A stretch of 32,000 nucleotides of DNA from Nostoc punctiforme PCC 73102 (GTDB taxonomy: Bacteria; Cyanobacteriota; Cyanobacteriia; Cyanobacteriales; Nostocaceae). The DNA is taken from assembly GCF_000020025.1 (NCBI RefSeq), contig NC_010628.1:1470001-1502000 (forward strand), read 5' to 3'. The notes beneath the pieces are model-generated. The model was not told the DNA's origin. It ran no database searches and saw only the letters and a program-made list of their open reading frames with translations. A program made the position numbers and the translations under genes. Numbering within the stretch: the first letter of the stretch is position 1; each line of letters starts with the position of its first letter. Positions 7,510 through 17,643 of this stretch are shown here, piece by piece.

Positions 7510-8055
7510 CTATTTTGCACTAAATAATAAAATAAGAGTTATAGCACTATAACTCAGGGAATTTGCTATTAGTACAGTAATTATTAAATTATTACTTTGG
7601 AATTTCAAGTTGCCAAAAGTCCGCCATCGCCGCCGTTGAGATATTGGAGCTTCCGCTTCCTCTTCTTTTTTAGCAAATTGCTCATTTAATGATAGTAACA
7701 ATACCTTTAGAATGAAAAACTTCATCAAAAAAGTAGAAAAGAAAATTATAAAAGCAGTTAATATTAGTAAGCCTTGTGTATTAGGTGATTTAAAGTTATT
7801 AAAAAACATATAGTTAATTAATTCTGTTCTCACCTGGAGCGGTAAAATTGGTTCTGATACAAAAAATATGGACCAACCAATTACACTAGAAAATAAATTG
7901 ATAGAAATAGCATAAAAAGTACTAGTTTTTTTGTCAAATTTGAGTCGATAGTGCAAAAGATAAGCTTCGATGGGAATGGCAATCAGTACAAATAAAAAGT
8001 CAAACAGAATTCCACCAATGGGAAAAATCCTCGGAAGTATCCAATTCTCAGGCAT
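7510..8055 (-). CDS. fraC: Phenylalanine-rich small membrane protein, FraC-like filament integrity protein
   Basis: 181-aa ORF, very Phe-rich, with about three TM segments and a charged [15 protein letters not shown] loop. It is the first gene of a three-gene same-strand cluster. As I recall, FraC of Anabaena is a Phe-rich protein of about 179 aa. Confidence 0.6.
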   Translation of the reverse strand: MPENWILPRIFPIGGILFDFLFVLIAIPIEAYLLHYRLKFDKKTSTFYAISINLFSSVIGWSIFFVSEPILPLQVRTELINYMFFNNFKSPNTQGLLILTAFIIFFSTFLMKFFILKVLLLSLNEQFAKKEEEAEAPISQRRRWRTFGNLKFQSNNLIITVLIANSLSYSAITLILLFSAK

Positions 8056-8291
8056 AAGTGGTCAAGGGTAAGGTTTAACTGTAGAGAGTATAACTGGGAT
8101 AGTGAGGGTGATGGGGGAAATTATTACATTGTTCTTGTCCTTTACTATGCTGGTGTGCCAGTATTCTCTGATTGATATTGTTAATACATCAACCTGATAC
8201 TTGTACGGGGACACTAGAGGGCTAGTTTCTCTACCTAAGATTACAAGAGGTTAGGTAAGATTAAAGACTGCCACTTATAGCTTTTCGAGAG

Positions 8292-9428
8292 ATGACAAGG
8301 AACGGTATCGGTATTCGCACGGCGCAAGTGCGTCAAGAACGGATCATTGGTCAAATTCACGTCTACGATGGCGTGGGTAAAGGTAAGTCTCAAGCGGCTT
8401 TGGGTGTGGTTTTGCGCTCTATTGGTTTAGGGATAAATACGCCTAGTGATTCTAACCGTGTTTTACTGCTGCGCTTTTTAAAAGGGCCGGAACGTGATTA
8501 TGACGAAGATGGAGCGATCGCAGCTTTGCAGCGCGGGTTTCCCCATTTAATAGACCAGGTTCGCACTGGGAGAGCCGAATTTTTTGGCCCAGAAGAAATT
8601 ACCACCTTTGACCAAAATGAGGCGATGCGGGGTTGGGATGTCGCCAAAGGTGCGATCGCTAGCGGTTTATATTCAGTTGTCGTCTTGGATGAAATTAACC
8701 CCGTTCTGGATTTGGGTTTGCTACCAGTAGATGAAGTGGTAAAGACATTAAAATCCAAACCCCAAGAATTAGAAATCATTGCTACCGGACGCGCTGCACC
8801 GCAAAAGCTGCTCGATATTGCAGATTTGCACTCAGAAATGAAACCTCATCACCATCCCACAGCCAAAGCCCTATTCTTGGAAGGGATTGAAATTTATACT
8901 GGTGCTGGTAAAGGCAAGTCTACTAGTGCTTTGGGCAAAGCCTTACAGGCCATTGGTAGGGGAATCAATCATCCAGGGTCTACCCGTGTGTTAATTATGC
9001 AGTGGCTTAAAGGTGGTAGTGGCTACACAGAAGATGCTGCGATCGCCGCTTTGCAGCAGTCATATCCAGAAGTGGTGGATCATCAGCGCTGTGGTGGAGA
9101 TGCGATTGTTTGGCGCAATTCCCGGCAAGAATTAGATTATGTAGAAGCCGAACGAGGTTGGGAAATCGCAAAAGTTGCGATCGCCTCTGGAATGTATAAA
9201 ACTATTATTCTCGATGAACTCAATCCCACCGTTGACTTAGAACTACTCCCCGTTGAACCCATTGTTCAAGCTTTGCTCCGCAAACCCCGCGACACCGAAA
9301 TCATCATCACTGGCCGCTGTCAAAATCAACCAGCGTATTTCGACCTGGCTAGCGTTCATTCAGAGGTTTATTGCCACAAACACTATGCAAATCAAGGTGT
9401 AGAACTTAAACGAGGGGTAGATTTTTAG
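8292..9428 (+). CDS. Protein with two tandem CobA/CobO/BtuR-like (ATP:corrinoid adenosyltransferase family) P-loop domains
   Basis: Two homologous halves are visible: VYDGVGKGKSQAALGVVLRSIGLG...LLRFLKG...VVLDEINPVLDLGLLP and IYTGAGKGKSTSALGKALQAIGRG...IMQWLKG...IILDELNPTVDLELLP. Confidence 0.75.
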   Translation: MTRNGIGIRTAQVRQERIIGQIHVYDGVGKGKSQAALGVVLRSIGLGINTPSDSNRVLLLRFLKGPERDYDEDGAIAALQRGFPHLIDQVRTGRAEFFGPEEITTFDQNEAMRGWDVAKGAIASGLYSVVVLDEINPVLDLGLLPVDEVVKTLKSKPQELEIIATGRAAPQKLLDIADLHSEMKPHHHPTAKALFLEGIEIYTGAGKGKSTSALGKALQAIGRGINHPGSTRVLIMQWLKGGSGYTEDAAIAALQQSYPEVVDHQRCGGDAIVWRNSRQELDYVEAERGWEIAKVAIASGMYKTIILDELNPTVDLELLPVEPIVQALLRKPRDTEIIITGRCQNQPAYFDLASVHSEVYCHKHYANQGVELKRGVDF

Positions 9429-9612
9429 GCGTTGCATCTGAATTCGTAATTCGTAATGCTCTTGGTGCGAACGCTGTACGAACAGACCTTTTTCAATTTT
9501 GAATCTTTCAATCCAAAATTGAAAATCTAAAATTTAGTCGAGGTGTAATTATGCATCATACAGAGAAAAAACCAGAGTAGGGCTAGCATTGCAATGCCGA
9601 CCCTACAAGCAA

Positions 9613-10707
9613 CTAAGGCTGTTGGCGTATTCTTTGCCAGACAGTAAAGCCCAAAAGAACGACAATACTGGTGGCGGTAGTCATCATCACAGCCAAACTC
9701 ATACCTTGTATTCTCATTGCCAGCAAGTTGAAAAATAAGGTAATTGACCAAAGCGTGAACGCAGCATGGCGCTGGGAAAGCCCCCAAGCAAGTAAGCGGT
9801 GGTGCAGATGATCTTTGCCAGGAGTGCTAAGAGGGTTATTTCCTGCTAGTAGCCGCCGTACAAATACTTGGGTGGTGTCTATTACTGGCAACAATAGAAA
9901 TAAAACCGTGGGAATCAGCGCATAAACTGTGTTTTGTTGCAGTTTGCCTAAAATACTAGTTGCTGCCAGCACATAGCCAAAAAAGTATGCTCCGGCATCA
10001 CCCATAATAATTCGTGACGGATGGAAATTATGGCGCAAAAAGCCTAATGCAGCACCTCCCAAAGCTGCGAGTACCAAGATTGCCGCCGCACGATTATTAA
10101 ATTGGGCTGCAACGCCCAATAAACTCATGGCGGTAATAAAGCTGATTCCTCCTGCCAAACCATCCATACCATCCATCAAGTTGATGGCGTTGGTAATTCC
10201 TACTACCCACAGTACCGTCAGCAACATAGACAGTAACGAGTCGATGGGAGTACCAAACAGCACTTTTACACTGATGCCATTAGCTACCAGCAACAGTGCT
10301 GTGACGATTTGCGCCCACAATCGCACAGAGGGTGGTAAGCCGAACTGATCGTCGATAAAGCCCACCAGGACTAATATCGAACCTCCTAACAGAATAGTGA
10401 GCACCTGAGCCAATACGTTTTGGAGTTCGATCGGTCGTAAAAGGCTAGCTAATACCAGCGCGGCAATGACACCCGCGTAGATAGCCAGCCCCCCTGCATT
10501 GGGTAAAGGTTCGCGATTGAGTCGCCGAGCGTTGGGTTGGTCAGCCCAACCTACCCGTAAGGCGAATTTGCGGACTGTCGGAATTAAACGCCAAGTTACT
10601 AGCCAAGCCAAGAGGAACGTAAATACTACTGCCAACCAGCCGGTGCCGCTAGGGTCGGCAATACCAAGGAACTTAAGGGAGTTGTCTAGATTCATCTCCC
10701 AATTCAA
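9613..10707 (-). CDS. Glycosyltransferase family 4 (MraY/WecA-like) polyprenyl-phosphate sugar-phosphate transferase
   Basis: 364-aa polytopic membrane ORF with NAINLMDGMDGLAGG and the DAGAYFFGY motif typical of the family. Confidence 0.85.
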   Translation of the reverse strand: MNWEMNLDNSLKFLGIADPSGTGWLAVVFTFLLAWLVTWRLIPTVRKFALRVGWADQPNARRLNREPLPNAGGLAIYAGVIAALVLASLLRPIELQNVLAQVLTILLGGSILVLVGFIDDQFGLPPSVRLWAQIVTALLLVANGISVKVLFGTPIDSLLSMLLTVLWVVGITNAINLMDGMDGLAGGISFITAMSLLGVAAQFNNRAAAILVLAALGGAALGFLRHNFHPSRIIMGDAGAYFFGYVLAATSILGKLQQNTVYALIPTVLFLLLPVIDTTQVFVRRLLAGNNPLSTPGKDHLHHRLLAWGLSQRHAAFTLWSITLFFNLLAMRIQGMSLAVMMTTATSIVVLLGFTVWQRIRQQP

Positions 10708-10793
10708 GCATTACTGCCAGTATCTATAAAGAACATCACCTGTATATTAATCAATTTTTTTATTTCCATTTGTAAATTGAGCTGATTGAGAGA

Positions 10794-10820
10794 TTAGCAC
10801 TCTTGCTCTGTGAGTGCTAA
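10794..10820 (+). promoter_or_regulatory. CIRCE operator (HrcA binding site): TTAGCACTC-N9-GAGTGCTAA
   Basis: Perfect consensus inverted repeat with a 9-nt spacer ttgctctgt, located 33 bp upstream of the groEL start. Confidence 0.92.
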
Positions 10821-10849
10821 ATTGTCTAATGGAAGCGCTGGAGAAATAA

Positions 10850-12535
<1,686 letters not shown>

Positions 12536-12564
12536 CTTCTGCTCACCCAGATAAATATTTTTTC

Positions 12565-12598
12565 AACAGTTTGTCTTGCCAAGGCAAACTGTTTTTTT
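12565..12598 (+). terminator. Rho-independent terminator of groEL
   Basis: Hairpin aacagtttgtcttgcc/aaggcaaactgtt followed by TTTTTTT, about 30 nt after the stop codon. Confidence 0.8.
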
Positions 12599-12897
12599 AT
12601 AGCATTGCTGATTCAGAGCCGATATGTTATCTCTATTGCTGGGAAGTAGCTGGGCATAAATAAAAGTCATCATCATGGTTATCAGTAATTAGTCATGAAT
12701 ACAACTAACTACTAAAAAAATGCCGATTCCTAAATTCCCAAATCTAAAGAACTGCTTAATTTAAAAATTACAGTCTTTGTATTAATTTTTGTAATATTAA
12801 TAGCAAAAGCTGAAATAAATAAAAATGCCTCATGGGTGCTGAGTAGGGAATTTTACTTCTTTACTAAGCACTGTGAAAAGAGGAACTTGTTTAATTG

Positions 12898-12931
12898 CCA
12901 ATACCCAATACCCAATGCCCAATGCCCAATG
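12898..12931. repeat. STRR heptamer array (CCAATAC/CCAATGC, about 5 copies)
   Basis: The sequence is ccaatacccaatacccaatgcccaatgcccaatg, directly upstream of corA. Reverse-complement relatives (ATTGGGA) occur at 21426-21440 and 26419-26450. Confidence 0.85.
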
Positions 12932-12944
12932 TAGGTAATATTGT

Positions 12945-14090
12945 ATGGTACGAAAACTGCGTCGTCTTCCCAAAATAGTAAATAGGCTATATAAAAAAGA
13001 TGAATTCTATCACCAACCAGGTACTATACCTGGAACAATTTTTATTCATGAAGATTCTCCGCCACCGATAATTTTCTTGATTGACTATAACCAAACCAAT
13101 TTCATCCGTGAACAAATAGCAACTCCAGAAGAATGTATCCCATATCTGGAGATGGAATCCATTTCTTGGGTAGATGTACAAGGTTTAGGTAGTCAAGATA
13201 TATTACAACGGTTGGGTCACGTTTTTGAATTACATCCTCTCGTTTTAGAAGATATAGTCAATGTACCAGAGCGTCCTAAAACAGAGGATTATGAAGACCA
13301 ATTGTTATTCATTGCCCGCATGGTAGTACCAAAGGAAATATCGTGTGGTTTTCACAGCGAGCAAGTGAGTTTAATATTAGGGAAAAACTATTTACTGACA
13401 GTCCAAGAAGAACCAGAACATGATTGTTTTGAAGCGGTGCGATCGCGAATTGAAAAAAACAAAGGTATCATCCGTAAGCAAGGAGCAGATTATTTAGCTT
13501 ACGCCGTGTTAGATGCCATTATTGATGGCTTTTTCCCGGTACTGGAGCTTTATGGGGAGCGAATCGAAGAGTTAGAGGAAGAAGTAATAGTTAAACCTAC
13601 TCCGCAAACACTACAAAATATTTATCAAATTAGGCGAGAATTACTGCAACTACGTCGTGCTATCTGGCCCCAACGAGATGCAATTAATTCTTTAATTCGA
13701 GATGCTCCCGATTTAATTAGTGAAGAAGTGCGAATCTACTTGCGAGATTGTTATGACCATACAGTGCAAGTTATGGATATGGTAGAAACTTATCGAGAGC
13801 TAGCATCTGGATTAATGGATGTGTACCTTTCGGCAGTGAGCAACAAAATGAATGAAATCATGAAAGTACTAACGGTAGTTTCAACAATTTTCATTCCACT
13901 GACTTTTGTGGCCGGAATATATGGTATGAATTTCAATACCGAAAAATCGCCATATAATATGCCTGAGTTGGATTGGTATTGGGGTTATCCACTTTGCTTG
14001 GCAGTTATGGCAGCGATCGCACTTGGGTTGCTATTCTTTTTTTGGCAACGGGGCTGGTTGCAAAACTCTGTAACAATTAAGCGTAATTAA
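12945..14090 (+). CDS. corA: CorA family magnesium/cobalt transporter
   Basis: 381 aa with the YGMNF (GMN) signature in GIYGMNF between two C-terminal TM helices, and a large acidic N-terminal domain. Confidence 0.9.
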   Translation: MVRKLRRLPKIVNRLYKKDEFYHQPGTIPGTIFIHEDSPPPIIFLIDYNQTNFIREQIATPEECIPYLEMESISWVDVQGLGSQDILQRLGHVFELHPLVLEDIVNVPERPKTEDYEDQLLFIARMVVPKEISCGFHSEQVSLILGKNYLLTVQEEPEHDCFEAVRSRIEKNKGIIRKQGADYLAYAVLDAIIDGFFPVLELYGERIEELEEEVIVKPTPQTLQNIYQIRRELLQLRRAIWPQRDAINSLIRDAPDLISEEVRIYLRDCYDHTVQVMDMVETYRELASGLMDVYLSAVSNKMNEIMKVLTVVSTIFIPLTFVAGIYGMNFNTEKSPYNMPELDWYWGYPLCLAVMAAIALGLLFFFWQRGWLQNSVTIKRN

Positions 14091-14154
14091 TAATTGCAGA
14101 TGGACGACGAATCAAATTTACATTCATTATTACCGGGAGTTAATATTTTAATTT

Positions 14155-14853
14155 ATGAGGAGTAGCGACCAGAATTTAGTAGTTTTGACAGTTTATATTA
14201 TCGGTGTTTCTTATATTTTTAACCGCATGGTTGAATCCATCGACGATCAAGTCAAGTTTGAGTTTAAAAAAGGAATAGTTGACGAGCAACTCAAAGAACA
14301 AAATCTCGATGATAAAATTGGAATTTCCTTTAAACTCAAAGCCTCATACCCAATTGACGATTTGAAAGATTTAGGAATTAGCATTGAAAATAAATCTGAT
14401 AATGTTGCCCTATACGTTGACTGGGACAACAGTTCTTTAGTAGTTGAACATAGTAAGCAATCGCGTCGCGTCATTCGGAAATCACCAGATTTAACCCGCG
14501 ACTTAGCAGTGCCCCAAAGTCCTAGCTTGATTGCTCCTAAGAAAACACTTTCTGAAACGGTGACAGCAGAAGATGTATTTGAGCGCGATCAAGTAGCTGG
14601 AACCTATTCAGCAAAAAAACCACTAATTGATATCAATGGGCTGCAAAAGGGGCAAAAAAAGCTGTACAACGACTTTATTAACAGAAGAAAGGAGTTGGAC
14701 TTTTCCTTGCAACTGGTACTCAGAGTATCTGAAGTGCGTTTAGGTCTAGCCCCAGGTCGTGATTTTCCTCCCATTAGCATTATCAATTGTCCTTTCACAG
14801 TCAGGAAACTACCTTGGACTTACGCTCTACCTTGGAATAAAAAAAAGCAATAG
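14155..14853 (+). CDS. Hypothetical protein with an N-terminal membrane anchor
   Basis: 232-aa ORF with no competing ORF of similar size and one N-terminal hydrophobic helix (LVVLTVYIIGVSYIF). I recognise no motif. Confidence 0.45.
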   Translation: MRSSDQNLVVLTVYIIGVSYIFNRMVESIDDQVKFEFKKGIVDEQLKEQNLDDKIGISFKLKASYPIDDLKDLGISIENKSDNVALYVDWDNSSLVVEHSKQSRRVIRKSPDLTRDLAVPQSPSLIAPKKTLSETVTAEDVFERDQVAGTYSAKKPLIDINGLQKGQKKLYNDFINRRKELDFSLQLVLRVSEVRLGLAPGRDFPPISIINCPFTVRKLPWTYALPWNKKKQ

Positions 14854-14896
14854 CAACCATACAGACTATGCCATCCAAGATTACACTGGATCTAAG

Positions 14897-15315
14897 GAGA
14901 GAGTAGACGCAGGCGGTTGCAGATCAGTCATAGTCACTGATTTGAGGAAAGTCCGGGCTCCCGAAAGACCAAACTTGCTGGATAACGTCCAGTGCGAGCG
15001 ATCGTGAGGATAGTGCCACAGAAAGATACCGCCAGATCAATTAAAAATTAAAAATTAAAAATCTAAAATGAGTAATTTTTAATTTTACATTTTTAATTGA
15101 TCTGGTAAGGGTGCAAAGGTGCGGTAAGAGCGCACCAGCAGTATCGAGAGGTGCTGGCTCGGTAAACCCCGGTTGGGAGCAAGGCGATAGGAACTACGGT
15201 TGGTCTTTTACCAGTTCCGCTCAATGAGAGCCGCTAGAGGCGTTTGGTAACAAGCGTCCCAGATAGATAACTGCCCTCGCAAGAGAACAGAACCCGGCTT
15301 ATGTACTGCTCTTTC
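14897..15315 (+). ncRNA. rnpB: RNase P RNA (bacterial type A); ends approximate to about 5 nt
   Basis: Universal blocks are present: GAGGAAAGTCCGGGCTCC, CCACAGAAAGATACCGCC, GGTAAGGGTGCAAAGGTGCGGTAAGAGCGCACC and ACAGAACCCGGCTTA. P1 pairs 14898-14905 (agagagta) with 15304-15312 (tactgctct, one bulge). Confidence 0.93.
15032..15105 (+). repeat. AT-rich heptamer (AATTAAA x3) hairpin forming an extended P12 helix inside rnpB
   Basis: ccagatcaattaaaaattaaaaattaaaaat pairs with atttttaattttacatttttaattgatctgg with 2 mismatches. Confidence 0.85.
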
Positions 15316-15431
15316 CCCCTTTTTTAGTGCTGAGTGCTGAGTTAGAAGAGACGCCATGAATCGCGTCTGTACAAGAGTTAGAAGTTGGTATTTTTCCCCT
15401 GCTCTCCCTTCCCCCTTCCCCCTGTCATGTA

Positions 15432-16151
15432 ATGCCCCTTGCCTACCCACGCCGTCAACGGCAACTCGAAAGTTTAGTCCAAAAATTAGGTTTGTCGCGA
15501 GAAGCACCTATCAAGTGGGAACTGCTAGATTTAGCGCTAACTCATCCCACTGTTTCTGATTCGGCGAATTATGAACAACTGGAGTTTGTTGGCGATGCAG
15601 TGGTGCGGCTGGTGTCGGCTGTTGTGTTATGGGAAAATTATCCCGATTGTCCAGTAGGGGATTTTGCAGCAATTCGTTCGGTATTAGTGAGCGATCGCAT
15701 CCTCGCCCAATTGGCCAGAATCTATGGTTTGGAATTATACTTACTAGTTGCGGGTAGTGCTACAGCTGATAAAGTTGGTCAAGAATCTCGACTGGCAGAT
15801 GCTTTTGAAGCTGTTCTGGGTGCGCTTTATTTAAGTACTCAAAATCTGGAATTGATCCGCTCTTGGCTAGATCCCCACTTCCAAGAACTAACAACAGAAA
15901 TTCGCCTCGATCCTGCCAGACTTAATTACAAAGCTGCTCTTCAAGAATGGACTCAGGCGCAATTCAAAGTTTTACCAGAATATCGAGTTGTGGAAGTCAC
16001 TCAACCACACCATAATCAAGAACGTTTCATGGCTGAAGTGTGGCTGCATGGCAAGAAACTCGGAGAAGGTAAGGGGCGATCGATTAAAACTGCTGAACAA
16101 GCCGCAGCTAAGGTAGCTTTTTTAGCAATCCCTAATCCGCAAACACCCTGA
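15432..16151 (+). CDS. rnc: Ribonuclease III
   Basis: 239 aa with the RNase III signature NYEQLEFVGDAVVRL and catalytic-region residues (DAFEAVLGALY), plus a C-terminal dsRBD-like segment (KSIKTAEQAAAKVA). Confidence 0.92.
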   Translation: MPLAYPRRQRQLESLVQKLGLSREAPIKWELLDLALTHPTVSDSANYEQLEFVGDAVVRLVSAVVLWENYPDCPVGDFAAIRSVLVSDRILAQLARIYGLELYLLVAGSATADKVGQESRLADAFEAVLGALYLSTQNLELIRSWLDPHFQELTTEIRLDPARLNYKAALQEWTQAQFKVLPEYRVVEVTQPHHNQERFMAEVWLHGKKLGEGKGRSIKTAEQAAAKVAFLAIPNPQTP

Positions 16152-16195
16152 GCTTAAAAGACTGGCAATTAGCCGATAATCATTTGGTTGTCAGT

Positions 16196-16378
16196 GGTCA
16201 TTTGTCCCTCGTCCTTTGTATACAGTTCGGTTAAGATCCCCCCGCCTGCGGCGACCCCCTTTTTAAAGGGGTAAAAGAGAGTTAAAAGCCCCCCTTAAAA
16301 AGGGGGGTTGGGGGGATCTTCAGACATATTAGAACGTTAACCGAATTGTATTACCTTGTCCTTTATATACAAATGACC
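16196..16378. mobile_element. MITE-like nested palindromic element with a poly-C/poly-G core, same class as 4744-4939
   Basis: The outer arms are ggtcatttgt...acaaatgacc. The middle arms are acagttcggttaa (16222-16234) and ttaaccgaattgt. The core at 16235-16318 runs gatcccccc...ggggggatc with CCCCCTTAAAAAGGGGGG hairpins. Confidence 0.65.
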
Positions 16379-16418
16379 AAATGACCAAATGACAAATGAC
16401 AAATAACTAATGACAAAC
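16371..16418. repeat. STRR heptamer array (AATGACC/AATGACA) running into the start codon of the next CDS
   Basis: The sequence is aaatgaccaaatgaccaaatgacaaatgacaaataactaatgacaaacc. The ATG at 16410 is part of a repeat unit. Confidence 0.85.
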
Positions 16419-17498
16419 CAAATTAAAATTGCTGTTATCGGAGTTGGGCGTTGGGGAGTGCATCTGCTACGGAATTTCTTAGCACATCCCCAAGTAGATG
16501 TAGTTGCTGTAGTAGATCCCCATCCAGAACGATTAGCGGCGATCAAACAGCAGTTTAATTTAGATGAAAATGTAGTATTGACAACCCAATGGGAAGATTT
16601 AAAGAAAGTGCCAGGGTTGACAGGGGTTGCGATCGCAACTCCGGCTACCACCCACTACGCTTTAATTAAAGACTCTCTCCAACAGGGATACCATGTTTTG
16701 GCTGAAAAACCCCTAACTCTCGACCCCGCAGAATGTCGGGAGCTTTGTCAGTTAGCAGAGCAGCATCATTTAATACTGATGGTTGACCACACTTATTTAT
16801 TTCACCCAGCAGTTGAGCAAGGGCAAACTGTAGTACAGGCGGGTAAATTAGGTGATTTACGCTACGGCTACGCCACCCGCACCCATTTAGGGCCTGTCCG
16901 CCAAGATGTTGATGCGCTCTGGGATTTAGCGATTCACGATATTGCTATCTTTAACGCTTGGCTGGGTCAGATTCCTGTGAAAGTACAAGCAACGGGTACG
17001 GTGTGGTTACAGGGAGCAGGGGAGCAGGGGAGCAGGGAAGCAGAGGGGAAGAAAGATACAAATTTTCCTCTGCCTCAAGGTTTGGCTGATTTAGTATGGC
17101 TAACACTGACATACCCAGATGGCTTTCAAGCTTATATTCACTTGTGCTGGCTGAATCCTGATAAGCAGCGACGGCTGGGGATTGTAGGTAGCCTTGGTAG
17201 TTTGATTTTTGATGAAATGTCGCGATCGTCACCTCTAACGCTGCTACATGGGGAATTTGAACAGCAGGGCAATCATTTTATTCCGGTAAATCAAAAGCAG
17301 GTGGTGCTGGAATTAGAACCAGGGGAACCATTGGGGCGAGTTTGCTCTTGTTTTGTTGACTCTATCCTCAACAATACTCCCTCAGAGGTTTCGTCTGGCT
17401 GGGTAGGCACACAGTTAGTAGAAATTCTTGCTGCACTAACAGTTTCTCTTGAGCAAGGCGGCCAACCTGTTTTTCTGAACAACTGCTCTCAAGTCTAA
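16410..17498 (+). CDS. Gfo/Idh/MocA family NAD(P)-dependent oxidoreductase
   Basis: 362 aa. It has the N-terminal Rossmann motif IKIAVIGVGRWG and the EKPL motif (VLAEKPLTL). It also carries an in-frame repeat-derived insert, QGAGEQGSREAEGKK. Confidence 0.85.
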   Translation: MTNQIKIAVIGVGRWGVHLLRNFLAHPQVDVVAVVDPHPERLAAIKQQFNLDENVVLTTQWEDLKKVPGLTGVAIATPATTHYALIKDSLQQGYHVLAEKPLTLDPAECRELCQLAEQHHLILMVDHTYLFHPAVEQGQTVVQAGKLGDLRYGYATRTHLGPVRQDVDALWDLAIHDIAIFNAWLGQIPVKVQATGTVWLQGAGEQGSREAEGKKDTNFPLPQGLADLVWLTLTYPDGFQAYIHLCWLNPDKQRRLGIVGSLGSLIFDEMSRSSPLTLLHGEFEQQGNHFIPVNQKQVVLELEPGEPLGRVCSCFVDSILNNTPSEVSSGWVGTQLVEILAALTVSLEQGGQPVFLNNCSQV

Positions 17499-17519
17499 TT
17501 TTCCCCTGAGAATAACCGC

Positions 17520-17615
17520 CCAATACTGTTCGGTTAAGGCAAGAGACGCGATAAATTGCCGTCTTTACAAGAATCAGTCCTTTGTAGAGACGGCGATTTA
17601 TCGCGTCTTTGGGAT
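17520..17615. repeat. Dispersed palindromic repeats of the AGAGACGCGAT..ATCGCGTCT type
   Basis: The sequence caatactgttcggttaagg is followed by agagacgcgataaattgccgtct and agagacggcgatttatcgcgtct. A related hairpin, agacgccatgaatcgcgtct, lies at 15342-15367. Confidence 0.7.
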
Positions 17616-17643
17616 CGTATTGAATAACAACCGCCCATTTTGC

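Noticed and set aside
8056-8291. Possible cobalamin riboswitch upstream of the CobA/CobO-like gene (GCCACT at about 8270, GGGGGAAA at about 8113)
   Set aside because: Only fragments resembling the B12 box are present. The conserved core helices and the full GCCACTG context could not be traced by eye. A covariance-model scan would be needed to settle this.
14759-15559. Track ORFs 14759-15007 (+), 15208-15507 (-) and 15356-15559 (+)
   Set aside because: They overlap the RNase P RNA gene and dispersed repeats. Their translations contain typical repeat-derived junk such as TRFMASLLTQHSAL.
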